Source: Monocercomonoides exilis PA203 (taxonomy: Eukaryota; Protista; Preaxostyla). From it: DNA of 64,000 nt. Positions within the stretch are counted from its first letter, which is position 1; each line of letters begins with the position of its first letter. Below, piece after piece: positions 46,474-56,774 of the stretch. A model generated the notes under the pieces. That model did no database searches, was not told the DNA's origin, and was given only the letters and a program-made list of their open reading frames with translations. Position numbers and translations under genes: made by a program. The stretch lies in assembly GCA_001643675.2 (NCBI GenBank), contig LSRY02000067.1, positions 124,001 through 188,000 on the forward strand, written 5' to 3'.

Positions 46474-48241
46474 ATCTTATATTATCACAAATAATTTGGC
46501 AAACTTAATGTGAAGAAATTAAAATTTGAATGATATATGAATTATAATAGTCATAAAGTTAAAAATTAGACATTAAAATTTGAATTTATAAATTTTGTTT
46601 CACATAATTCTTATAAATATTTTTTCTCAATTTTCTCCATTTTTCAAAAAAAATTTTGTTCAAGAATGATAGACAGATGACAATGCAATGGCAGAAAAGT
46701 ATAAAGAACAAACTGTTGTGCTTATTTCACAAATAGAAGAATAATGGGTAAGTGAGAACAAAACGTCCAGTTCAAAGTGCTTTTAAAACACAAATGTTTG
46801 TTGTTAAAAATAAGAAATAAGTTCATGTGGGATATTTTTTTACAGGAAAATTTCGTGTAATTCTGATGAATGTTTGGTGACCCATTTTTGAAATTCTTAA
46901 TCAACAAAACACCTGTTTTTTGTCTTTTTTTGATAAAGAAAACCCTAACCAGTGATTTGGTTTTATATTTAAATTTATATAAAACCCTAATTCACAAGGA
47001 ATCAAGGTATTTATGTTAATTACCTCTCGAAAACCTAATTAGAAATTATGAGAAATAATATTATTAGGGTTTGATCATAAATTATTCTATGAAAAAGGCG
47101 ATTATTCATCACTTGAATTTGGCGTCGAAAGTGAATATTTCAGTTTTATTTATTGCTATGCATCCATTTAGTCAGGTTTTTTTTTTTCGAAATTAAACTT
47201 TCTTTATGTTATTTTTGAACTGTTCGTTTTGTTCCCATTCACCGAATAATGCCTCATATTTCCTGAAAACAAAAAGCATTAGGGTTATCAAAAAGAACGA
47301 TATAGCATCCAAATAATGGAGATTATAAAACAATTTTTTATTGACCTTCTTTTCTTGCTATCTTTTTTTAAAAAAACAAAAGAGAATAATGAACGGTTGC
47401 AATAGCGAAAAGCTTTTTTCTATTTCGAATTGTTATCAAACAAATTTCTTGTTGAAGAGATATTATCAAAGAAGTTTTTTTTTTGAAACATCACAAATGA
47501 ATTGAATTAGCATTGATAGCCCTTTTATCTATTTTTTTGAAATTCATTTTAGTAAAATTTTGAGAATAAAAAGCTATTCAAAAAAATGAAATTGCTATCT
47601 ATATATATATTTTTTTAATTATCCAATTCTTAAGTTGAAAAAAGAAAAAAATAAGAAATTGCTTGCACAGTTTTTCTCTGACAATTAATTCAACAAAAAT
47701 GCATTATTAATAGGAATAACAAAGTTGACAAGATTGAAAACTCAAAGTCAAAAATAAAAATTTCACATTTGAACCTAATTGTTCAATCTCAATTGAATAT
47801 GAATACATACATTAATAATGAAATAACTAAAAGACAAAAAAAATGTGACTAGAAAAGAAAAGAAAAGTTGTTGAAAGATAAAAAGAGAAGTTTTGAAAGG
47901 AGAGACAATTCTGAAAATGAATTTTTTGATGTGTAATTCTTTCAAAATTTAGAATCACAAAGAAAGAAATCGAATATTTTGTGTTCGAAAAACAAAAAAT
48001 TGAAATACACAGTCAGCACATGATTGTAAAATTGATAATGAACAGGGAAACTGGCATTGCACCGCAAATCTCCCAACATTTGCAATCAAAATATTGATGG
48101 ACAAGCAAAAAACAAACAGAGGCCTATAAAATTTAAAAATATACAGAATTTTCTAAAAAAAAAAAAAAAAAAAAAATTCTTTTTCTTATTCAAACAAATG
48201 CATCAAAACAAAAAAGGAAGAACAATCATCAACACATCACA

Positions 48242-51200
48242 TCAGAATAAAACATTTTTCACACTTTCGCTTCCAATTCCAATACAAGACGAACCATCTT
48301 CTTCGATCCGATTTGAAGCATATCGAAAATCTATTGCATCTGAAACTGTCATAATTGCCGCTCCTGGTGGAAAACGCCCAATAAGATAGCGCTTCATATC
48401 AAATAGGCTAGTACGCTGCGATGAATGGGACGAAATAGAAGCAGAGATCAACTGAGCGAAGAAGGGAGATGATGCATTAATTCCATCAAGATTTGGAGTT
48501 TCTCCTCGTTGAATCTTCTGCCCAGCGATTTCTGCTTCATATTCTCCAAACGGTATCTGGAGTGTCAGACACTCCCACAGCATCATCCCGATCGAGAATG
48601 AAACTGACTCTTTTGTTGCACCCATGTTCTTGCTGATCTGCAGCTCCGGTGCCATCCACCTCAAGCATTCTTTTTTGTAATAATCTTCATCCTCAAAGGC
48701 TGATGAAGGAAGAGAGTCACTATCATCGTCATTATCACTGGTAGATGTCACAACAGTTGATGTTGAGATAGATGATGAATCTGAATCATCAGAAGAGAAG
48801 TCCGAATGCATCACAATACAGATCACCATGTGTTCGGAGAATAAAACAATGTGAGGACTCAGACTAGCCAATGATTGGAGTTTGTTTTCCATTTCATCAA
48901 AGGAGTGGAGAGCTCCATTTGCCACCCAGAACAGGATTTGGGCAGCTGTTTGCTCTCTCTCCTGAAGAGTGCGTATTGCCATCTCCTTTGTCTTATTTCT
49001 TCCATGCAGCAGCATGAACAGCGAATCTCTCAGATCCACAATCAGCTTCTCATGAGGAGATGAGCATGCCATTGCATCCACCAGATTCGACATCGATGAG
49101 GTGGTTGGGCACAGATCCTCCCCTCGAACAAATGTTGAATCAGAATCAGTTGTTGAAGTGGATGAGATTGAAGGCGATGGTGTTCGCTTCCTTATCTCTT
49201 CTTCCTCAACTTTCTCCAATGCCCAATCTGGAATCTTATCTGAATCTTTCCCCAGAATGTATTCTGTGGAACCACTCTCACACAGCAAATGCTCTGATGA
49301 CTCCGAGTGTCCCAAGCTTTTCTCATACACCCTCTTCTTGATCCTTTCATCGTTCTTCTTCTCTGCCCCTCTCTCTGCCCTTCTCCACTGCTCCTCTGGA
49401 GACATCTCCATCGTCACCATCTCAAATACTTTTGGATCCTTCTTCACTGTGTCATTCACAATCTCTTCCAATTCCTCTGTCCTTCTCTTTTGCTTTCTCC
49501 ATCGAACAATAAATGCGACTGCAATGATAAGAACAATCAACAATATCACAACAAGCACAATCACAATCAACAGCCAATAAGATTTCCCTTCTTTTCTTCC
49601 TTCAACAATTTTTTCATCTCCATTAATCTTTGTTTCGCTTGCATTCTTCAGTATGAATGACTGTGTCGAAGAAGGAGATTCCACATAACCAAACATTAAA
49701 TACACAGTCACCTCAATTTCATTGCTACAGCTGCTGATAATATCTTTAGCAATTCTTCCTTCCACTTCTCTTTCTGACAAAAATCCATTCGAGTCAAAAT
49801 CATGTTTTTCAATCTCTTTCTCCTCTCCTTTTCTCTTCACAACTGCAAATGACAGATTGCATGGAACAAGAAGCGTTCCTTTGAACATCAGCTTCATTCT
49901 ATCTGTTTCTTCTTTTGCTTCCACACTGTCCAATACAGGAATGAAGAATGATGAATCTCTTTCTGAGGCAATCCCTTCAAAACTGCATACATCATTCAAA
50001 ATCCAAAGAGAAGTATTTCTTTCTAATCCATCACCTCCTTTCAAACTCAGCACATTCAATGTTCCTGAATCTGAACAGATGATATTTCTTCTCAATGACG
50101 GATATCCTTCAATTGAGGGATTGTTATTCAAAAATTCTCCTTTCTCAATTATCACATTTCCTCCATAAATTGTTATTCCACCTTCTGGTGAATTCGATAT
50201 TGTTGTATCTTTCATCAAAACAGAACACTTTGTCATATCCATAAGTGATCCAGACCATCTGCACATCTCTTCTTCTGTATTCAAAGCTTGTTCATTTCTT
50301 TCATTTGAATTCCCATCAAAAATGCAATTGTCCATTTTCACATCTGTGCAATCCTCCAATTTCATCAATTTCCCTTTTGTGGTCTTTGAACTGATTCCAC
50401 CTATTGTACAATTTGTCAATTGCATCGTCTTTTTCATTGTCAAGCAAGATATCAATGATTCTTCATTTCCTTCGACTGTGATATTTTCAGTATTGAAATC
50501 CTTAATTGTCAATTGTACACATTCATTTATATACATCAGAGATTTTGAAACTGTTGAATTGCAAATCGTTAATGAATCAATTACAGATGGAAGAAAAGAT
50601 GAAAGAAAAAATGCAGATTCATGGAAAATGAAATTTGACATTGTGCATCCATCAAGTTGCAATTCCCCCTTTTCCATATTTATAAGATGGAATGGAATAC
50701 TCGTAAAAGCAACATTTCCTTCTTCTATTAATCGTTTTGCAGTGAATGAGCAATTCTTTATCTCAAGAATTCCTCCCTCTGGTGATATTAATGATATATG
50801 TTGAGAAATGAAATTCGAATCAAAAACAAAATTCACTCTCACCAACGAGACTGTTCCTGTTGTTGAAATCAAAGAATTATTTTCACTTGTTATCTCTGAT
50901 TTCACTTCAACTTTGCACATCTCTCTGCTCTTCGAACTCAGACTCATCTCTTTCGGATTTATCTCTTCCTTAATCACACTCTTTTCAACAACGAGTATTT
51001 GACTAATTAGTTCTGAAGTCAGATGTATTAGTCCATAATCAATCGAATCACACGGAAGTGTGTTTGTTCCGCATTGTCTGTCGTTCGATCCGTTCACACT
51101 GCTCACAATGATTGTGTCGCTCTGATGAATCGTCACAAATCCTATTAGATCTGTATCATTTGGATAATCGCATTCATCTCTTCCATATATTGCGTTATCA

Positions 51201-54200
51201 CGAATGTAATGGCCTTCTCGAAGATCAAACCGAAACTGGATTTCATTGATCTGGGATGTGATGTTGAAACATTCAATGAAAATGTCATTCCCCACTCTTG
51301 CTGTGTTTGAACTGAACTTCATTCCCATAAATGTGAAATTCAAGTCCCCTCGTTCTTTTGTTGCCAAATACACCCCTCCTCCTCTCCCCATGTCACTGCT
51401 GCAGCTACAATAGTTGATTGTTGAGTCAATCACCTTCATCGATCCAGATGTTCCCAATGTGAAAAATATCGCTCCTCCTTTTTCACCTGATTCTGCTTTT
51501 CCTTCTGTGATGTTGCTCGAATTCACAACCAAACAAATCTTATTCTCACTTTCAGACTCCAAAATGCTTGGTCCATTGTCACTTCTCTTCACTCCCGAAA
51601 ATGATGAATTGTCAATTTTGAGATTCATTTCCTCATCCACTTCATTTATCTTTGTTGTTGCTGTTGATTCTGGTCCTTTGATCAGAAGAAGACATCCTCC
51701 ACTTTCATTCAACAATTTCACACGAACATTCACTAAACGGCAAACAACTACAGCATCGTGAATGACAAAAAAGCTGTTTCCAACATTGCATGATTCCATC
51801 GACAAATCATTCACTTCCACGCTTCCGCCAATCGCATCCACAAACACACAATCAAATCCATTGTTCACTTCAGCCTCTGAATAGAATGAACATCCACTTA
51901 TCACCAATTCACCAGCTCTATTTGAAATAATCGTTTTGGCTGAATTGTCGAATTCATTTGTCAGTTGAAGTTGGATGTTTGATAATTCAAGGTAATTATT
52001 ATTTCCCATGAAATATTCCAGTTGACTTCCAATTGCCTTTTCAAAATTCAATTTTGCTTTTGTGTCTTCCTCTCCCATCTTCGCATCCTTTTTGATCTGA
52101 TAATTGGACATGTTGAATGAATCTCGAATGATAGTTGATCCTTCAATCTGAATTGTTTTCATAGCATCTCCATCTCTCATGTTTTCCATCCCTTTCCACA
52201 TCGTTTTGCATGGCTCTTCTTCACTTCCACAACGTGCAACATCAAATCCAGTCGATGAAATAAATATTTCAGTTGAGCTGAATGGAACGAGGAACATGAA
52301 TAAATCCTTGTTTGAATGATAGTTATCACTTCCAACAAACAAATTGCTGTCATTTATCATGGGCAAGTAATTGAAGTGGAATGAATCATTTGTCACGGTC
52401 TTGTTCAGATCAGATGCAAAAATGAACGCATTCTTTCCAATGGCCGCATTGTTATTCTTAAAAGTTACGTCAGCATCAAAAAGAAATGGCTTCTCATTCA
52501 AACAATTTTGGCAATCCAAATACAGAAATCCACCTTTTCCATTTTCCGATGAAAGTGAACAAGATGACGCATTTGTTGATTTAATGACCAAATCTTCATT
52601 CCCTTGCAATATCACTTTCGCAACACCTCCTTCTCCACCGCTTCCAGTGTTCACAATGTTTGAAAAGTTGTTCCTTTCAAACAAAACAGAAGAAGCTAAT
52701 ACCAATGGGGATTTGGCAAATGAAGGTCCTTTTAAACTGCATCCTTTCAGCGTGCAACTTCCAGTGGTTGTGGTTATCAGCGAGTATTGAACAATATCTC
52801 TTGATGATTGGATCTCAAATGAACAGTTTTTGAGTTGAGAAACTCCACTCGATGAGATCAGTGTATTCATATTTGACTCAAATTGACTTGGAATCTGCAA
52901 TTTCAATGATAACAAGCTGAGTGATACTGTTGATGAAATAACAGATGAAGTCGATTCAGAATTCCCTTTGATTCTCTCATTAAACTGAATAGGCTTGTGT
53001 TTGGTTTCATCTCCATCAATCGCACGCCCTTCAATCACAAGTGCATCTGTGAATGAATAGATATCTTCAATTGTCCCTTCGTCCTTCATTTTCACTTTCC
53101 TTTCTTCTCCTTCTGTCCCACTTCTGTCAATGTGGTCAATTCCACTTTTCATCGATTCGCATGGGAATTTTTCATTTCCACATCCCAATGTGTCATGCCC
53201 ACCAGTCGACACATACGTCTCCACCCACTTCAAAGAAACAAGAAACACTCGAAGATCCAATTCCCCATAACTCTCATCTTCCCCAACAAATGCATTCCCG
53301 TCATCCTTGAAATCTGTGCATTCAAATGCAAAACGCTCTGTGTTCACACTGTTCACCAGATTGCTGCTCTTCACAAATATGTTCTTCCCAACTGTTGCAC
53401 TGCACTCAGAAAATGAAATAGATGATAGCATAAATCCCCCTTCATTCAAGCTACAATCCAAAAATATCCCTCCGCCTCTCCCTCCATTATTCGCATTCTC
53501 TTTCACACAGCAGCTGGAAAAGGTGGTGTTGCTCACCGAAAATGTGTTCGCAGGGGCAGATGAGGCGAATGAGATGCACCCGCCATCTGTGGCAGTCTGT
53601 TGGCTCAGCTGTGATGAGTCGATGTTGGTGATGGTGCAGTTGGTGAGGGAGAGGGAGAAGGCAGGGGAGGTTGCAGAGGAGAGGACACAGCTGGCGGGGG
53701 AGGCAGTGGAGGTGATGTGGGTGATGTTGGAGGAGTTGAGGGTGAGGGGAGCGGTGAGGGAGGTGAGGTGGAAGATACTGGGGCTGTTGAGGGTGAGACT
53801 GGTGATTGCTGTGTGGTTGAGGGCGAGGGAGCCAGCAGTGAGGAAGAAAAGTGGTGTTTTTATTGTTATGGAGGTTGTTCCGGTGATGGTGGTTGTGTTG
53901 AGGTTGAGGGAAGGGGAGTTACCGGAGAGGTGGAAGAGGATGGGGGTGATGGGGTTTGAGGAGTTGTGGGAGATGGCGAGGGCGGAGACTGTGAGGGAGC
54001 CCCGAGTCTGTTGGAAGAGGGCAGACGAGGCAGATGGATCTGGTGAAGAAGGGGTTGATAATGATGAAAATGAAGAAAATGATGATGTTGATTGTGATGA
54101 GTGTGAATGTGAGTTTTGTGGTTGGGGAATGCCACTGGAGGCGATGGTGGTGGCAGTTGTGCCATTTCCTGTGATTTTTGTATTTGGGGCACGAAATGTG

Positions 54201-56320
54201 AGAGTCCTTGTTGGAGTGAAAGTGGAGAAGAGAAGAGAGAGTGAAGCATCACTGAAGGGAGCAATGCATCCGAGAGCATACTCCACTGTGGCACATGAGC
54301 TTTGCTGTGTTTTGCCACAGGCATCGACATCACTTCCACTGTTGGCAACGATTTTGTTCTGGTCAATGATTGGAAGCCAACTGTTGTACATCGCATTATC
54401 TGCAGTTCCTGCATTCCACACTCTTTTCGTTGGGGTTGTTGAGCCGCATTGCTTGAATGGAGATTGAGCGATGCTGCTGCCATTAAAGAACACATCATTC
54501 CCTCTGCCATTAGTTGCTGTGTTGCCATCAAAAAAGCAGAAAGTGATGAATTTCATTTCATTCATCCAGGAATAAGTGTCATCCAAATAAATACCAGCCC
54601 CACCAAGAGATGAAGTTGAACTTGACAATTTGTTATTAATAAACTGGCAATCATTTACTAAGAATTGATTTGGCTTGTTTTCTGGAGGGTAATGAAATGT
54701 GAGTGAACCGGTTGAATCGTTACCTGAATTTGCAATACACTTGCATTTGGTGAACAAGAATTGACCGTTTGAAGAAAACTCACCAATATAGAAATACCAT
54801 CCAGTTCCACGCCATTCTGTAATCGAGCAATTTCCCACTCTGTTATCAGAAAATGAATAAACGGAAGATGATTGCCGACCATCAATGCAAATTGCTCCTC
54901 CATTTTGTGCTGAACAACTTGTGAAATTGGATTTTGTAATATTCATATTTTGCAAATAGCAACTGTATAACGCTCCACCATTTGTTCCATCTGTTGAACA
55001 ATTGTTGAATGAACAAGATGTAATTGTGAGATTGGCATTCTTACATAAAACATAAAGTGCTCCACCCCAATTGTCTCCGCTGTTTGAATCGTTCCATTCG
55101 CACCATTCGAAGCGATGGCTGTTCTCGTCAAAAGAATCCAATCTTCCAGGTTTCACTCTGTGAGTTTCATTTCCAACATGTTCAACAGGATCATTTGGTG
55201 CAGATCGAGTTTGGTGAAGGAAAGAGGTGTTGAAGGCAGAGAGGGAAGTGGATGGGTTATTAAGGTTGGGGAGGATTGCACCATCGATGGGGTTGTGGGT
55301 GTGGATGAAGATGGCTGTATGGATGGAGAAGGATGAATGAAGAGAGATGGATGAGATTGAATTGGAATTGATGTTGGTGGAAATGGAATAGAGAGAAGAG
55401 GAAGAGATGGTTGAGGTGAATGAATTGAGTGAGTGTGAAGGAAGGGATGGAAGGGATGGATAGGATTGAGGAGAAGAGATGTTGGAGAAGAGGGTGTTTG
55501 AGAGATGGAGATTGAGGTGGATTTGGAGGTGGGAATGGGACTGGTGATGGATATGGAGAAGGGAAGTGGAAGAGGAAATGGAAGGGGAAGGAGAAGGGGA
55601 AGGGGAAGAAAAAGAAGAGGATGAGGATGAGGATGAGGATGAGAAAGATGAAGGAGAAGGGGAAAGGGAAGGAGATGGAGAAGGGGAAGGGGAAGAGAGG
55701 GAAAAAGGAGAAAAAAGGAAGGGCTGGATGAGGGAGACGAAAGAGGAGAAAGAGGAATGGGAGATGGAGAAGGAGACAGGGATTGGGGAGTGGGCATGTG
55801 GGAGGAGATTGTTTGGGGTGGAGAAGAGGGGGAAGGAGAGGATGGCAGGTTTGTGGGTGGTGAGGGAGAAGTTTGTGAGGGCGAGGGAGGCATGGGCAGA
55901 GAGGAAGAGGGGGCAGTGGTGGTGGTGGTTGTTGGTGAGTGAAGGAGGGTGGATGGTGCAAGTGGAGGAGCAGATGGAGGCAGCGGAGTGGTGTTGGGCA
56001 GTGAGGAGTGGACAGCCAGCGAGAGAAATGATGTTGAGATGGGTCACACACAATGATGTGTTGATGATATTTAGATTTGTTCTGGCACAACTGACACGAT
56101 CTCCAGATAAGAATATGCCTTTCACCGCTCCAAAGCTATTTTTATTGTAGTATTTGTTGCTGTGTGTTTCAACGATGATCTTTCTTTCTGGCATCTCCCA
56201 ATTCATTTCTTGTTGATTATGTATTTCAGCAATGTCCTCATCATAACTGCAGTTCACAACAAGCAACAAGATAACTATAATACTCAGTGCAGCATTCTCA
56301 CTTGAATAGCATCTCGCCAT
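48242..56320 (-). CDS. Large beta-helix-repeat surface protein with TM segment and degenerate C-terminal protein-kinase lobe (receptor-like pseudokinase, ~2690 aa)
   Basis: First ATG at 56320 with signal-like AALSIIVILLLVVNCS. GGALY/GRGGG.F and CG....PC repeats. TM WLLIVIVLVVILLIVLIIAVAFIV. Tail ECLRWMAPEL...SFSIGMMLWECLTLQIPFG with no GxGxxG, HRD or DFG. Confidence 0.85.
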   Translation of the reverse strand: MARCYSSENAALSIIVILLLVVNCSYDEDIAEIHNQQEMNWEMPERKIIVETHSNKYYNKNSFGAVKGIFLSGDRVSCARTNLNIINTSLCVTHLNIISLAGCPLLTAQHHSAASICSSTCTIHPPSLTNNHHHHCPLFLSAHASLALTNFSLTTHKPAILSFPLFSTPNNLLPHAHSPIPVSFSISHSSFSSFVSLIQPFLFSPFSLSSPSPSPSPSLSPSPSSFSSSSSSSSSSFSSPSPSPSPSISSSTSLLHIHHQSHSHLQIHLNLHLSNTLFSNISSPQSYPSLPSLPSHSLNSFTSTISSSSLYSISTNINSNSISSISLHSSFSIHTAIFIHTHNPIDGAILPNLNNPSTSLSAFNTSFLHQTRSAPNDPVEHVGNETHRVKPGRLDSFDENSHRFEWCEWNDSNSGDNWGGALYVLCKNANLTITSCSFNNCSTDGTNGGALYSCYLQNMNITKSNFTSCSAQNGGAICIDGRQSSSVYSFSDNRVGNCSITEWRGTGWYFYIGEFSSNGQFLFTKCKCIANSGNDSTGSLTFHYPPENKPNQFLVNDCQFINNKLSSSTSSLGGAGIYLDDTYSWMNEMKFITFCFFDGNTATNGRGNDVFFNGSSIAQSPFKQCGSTTPTKRVWNAGTADNAMYNSWLPIIDQNKIVANSGSDVDACGKTQQSSCATVEYALGCIAPFSDASLSLLFSTFTPTRTLTFRAPNTKITGNGTTATTIASSGIPQPQNSHSHSSQSTSSFSSFSSLSTPSSPDPSASSALFQQTRGSLTVSALAISHNSSNPITPILFHLSGNSPSLNLNTTTITGTTSITIKTPLFFLTAGSLALNHTAITSLTLNSPSIFHLTSLTAPLTLNSSNITHITSTASPASCVLSSATSPAFSLSLTNCTITNIDSSQLSQQTATDGGCISFASSAPANTFSVSNTTFSSCCVKENANNGGRGGGIFLDCSLNEGGFMLSSISFSECSATVGKNIFVKSSNLVNSVNTERFAFECTDFKDDGNAFVGEDESYGELDLRVFLVSLKWVETYVSTGGHDTLGCGNEKFPCESMKSGIDHIDRSGTEGEERKVKMKDEGTIEDIYSFTDALVIEGRAIDGDETKHKPIQFNERIKGNSESTSSVISSTVSLSLLSLKLQIPSQFESNMNTLISSSGVSQLKNCSFEIQSSRDIVQYSLITTTTGSCTLKGCSLKGPSFAKSPLVLASSVLFERNNFSNIVNTGSGGEGGVAKVILQGNEDLVIKSTNASSCSLSSENGKGGFLYLDCQNCLNEKPFLFDADVTFKNNNAAIGKNAFIFASDLNKTVTNDSFHFNYLPMINDSNLFVGSDNYHSNKDLFMFLVPFSSTEIFISSTGFDVARCGSEEEPCKTMWKGMENMRDGDAMKTIQIEGSTIIRDSFNMSNYQIKKDAKMGEEDTKAKLNFEKAIGSQLEYFMGNNNYLELSNIQLQLTNEFDNSAKTIISNRAGELVISGCSFYSEAEVNNGFDCVFVDAIGGSVEVNDLSMESCNVGNSFFVIHDAVVVCRLVNVRVKLLNESGGCLLLIKGPESTATTKINEVDEEMNLKIDNSSFSGVKRSDNGPSILESESENKICLVVNSSNITEGKAESGEKGGAIFFTLGTSGSMKVIDSTINYCSCSSDMGRGGGVYLATKERGDLNFTFMGMKFSSNTARVGNDIFIECFNITSQINEIQFRFDLREGHYIRDNAIYGRDECDYPNDTDLIGFVTIHQSDTIIVSSVNGSNDRQCGTNTLPCDSIDYGLIHLTSELISQILVVEKSVIKEEINPKEMSLSSKSREMCKVEVKSEITSENNSLISTTGTVSLVRVNFVFDSNFISQHISLISPEGGILEIKNCSFTAKRLIEEGNVAFTSIPFHLINMEKGELQLDGCTMSNFIFHESAFFLSSFLPSVIDSLTICNSTVSKSLMYINECVQLTIKDFNTENITVEGNEESLISCLTMKKTMQLTNCTIGGISSKTTKGKLMKLEDCTDVKMDNCIFDGNSNERNEQALNTEEEMCRWSGSLMDMTKCSVLMKDTTISNSPEGGITIYGGNVIIEKGEFLNNNPSIEGYPSLRRNIICSDSGTLNVLSLKGGDGLERNTSLWILNDVCSFEGIASERDSSFFIPVLDSVEAKEETDRMKLMFKGTLLVPCNLSFAVVKRKGEEKEIEKHDFDSNGFLSEREVEGRIAKDIISSCSNEIEVTVYLMFGYVESPSSTQSFILKNASETKINGDEKIVEGRKEGKSYWLLIVIVLVVILLIVLIIAVAFIVRWRKQKRRTEELEEIVNDTVKKDPKVFEMVTMEMSPEEQWRRAERGAEKKNDERIKKRVYEKSLGHSESSEHLLCESGSTEYILGKDSDKIPDWALEKVEEEEIRKRTPSPSISSTSTTDSDSTFVRGEDLCPTTSSMSNLVDAMACSSPHEKLIVDLRDSLFMLLHGRNKTKEMAIRTLQEREQTAAQILFWVANGALHSFDEMENKLQSLASLSPHIVLFSEHMVICIVMHSDFSSDDSDSSSISTSTVVTSTSDNDDDSDSLPSSAFEDEDYYKKECLRWMAPELQISKNMGATKESVSFSIGMMLWECLTLQIPFGEYEAEIAGQKIQRGETPNLDGINASSPFFAQLISASISSHSSQRTSLFDMKRYLIGRFPPGAAIMTVSDAIDFRYASNRIEEDGSSCIGIGSESVKNVLF

Positions 56321-56774
56321 GGATGTTGATGTGGAGAAAAACTTCAAATTAAAAATGCCTGCGCCCAATATTAATTTCTTTTTTTATTCAAATAATTGAT
56401 GAATATTGTTTCGAATGTTTTATTTCAAAAATGATCCGCTATATTGGCTGCTTATTCATTATGTTAATTAAAATGATAGTTTTGAACAAAGTTATAATCT
56501 GTTTGCTGATCTTATAATATTCTCAAACATCTCCAGTTGAAATATTTCAGAAGAAGAAGCTTTCTAACAATGCACTCATGCTTTGATTTCGGTTGAAAAA
56601 CAACTCATTTTAAAATAAATCTAAATTTGAATACAATCTCACATCACCCAGATTTCAATGGAAAAATATTCAAAAACGCAATTTTTAAAAATACATAATC
56701 ATGTTATGCAAATGCAAATGAACTCAAAAAGATACATATTTCTAACTCCCCAAATTTCCTCTCCTAAAACTTAA

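Noticed and set aside
53307-54467. 386-aa antisense ORF
   Set aside because: Overlaps the receptor gene in a skewed segment depleted of stop codons; no independent motifs.
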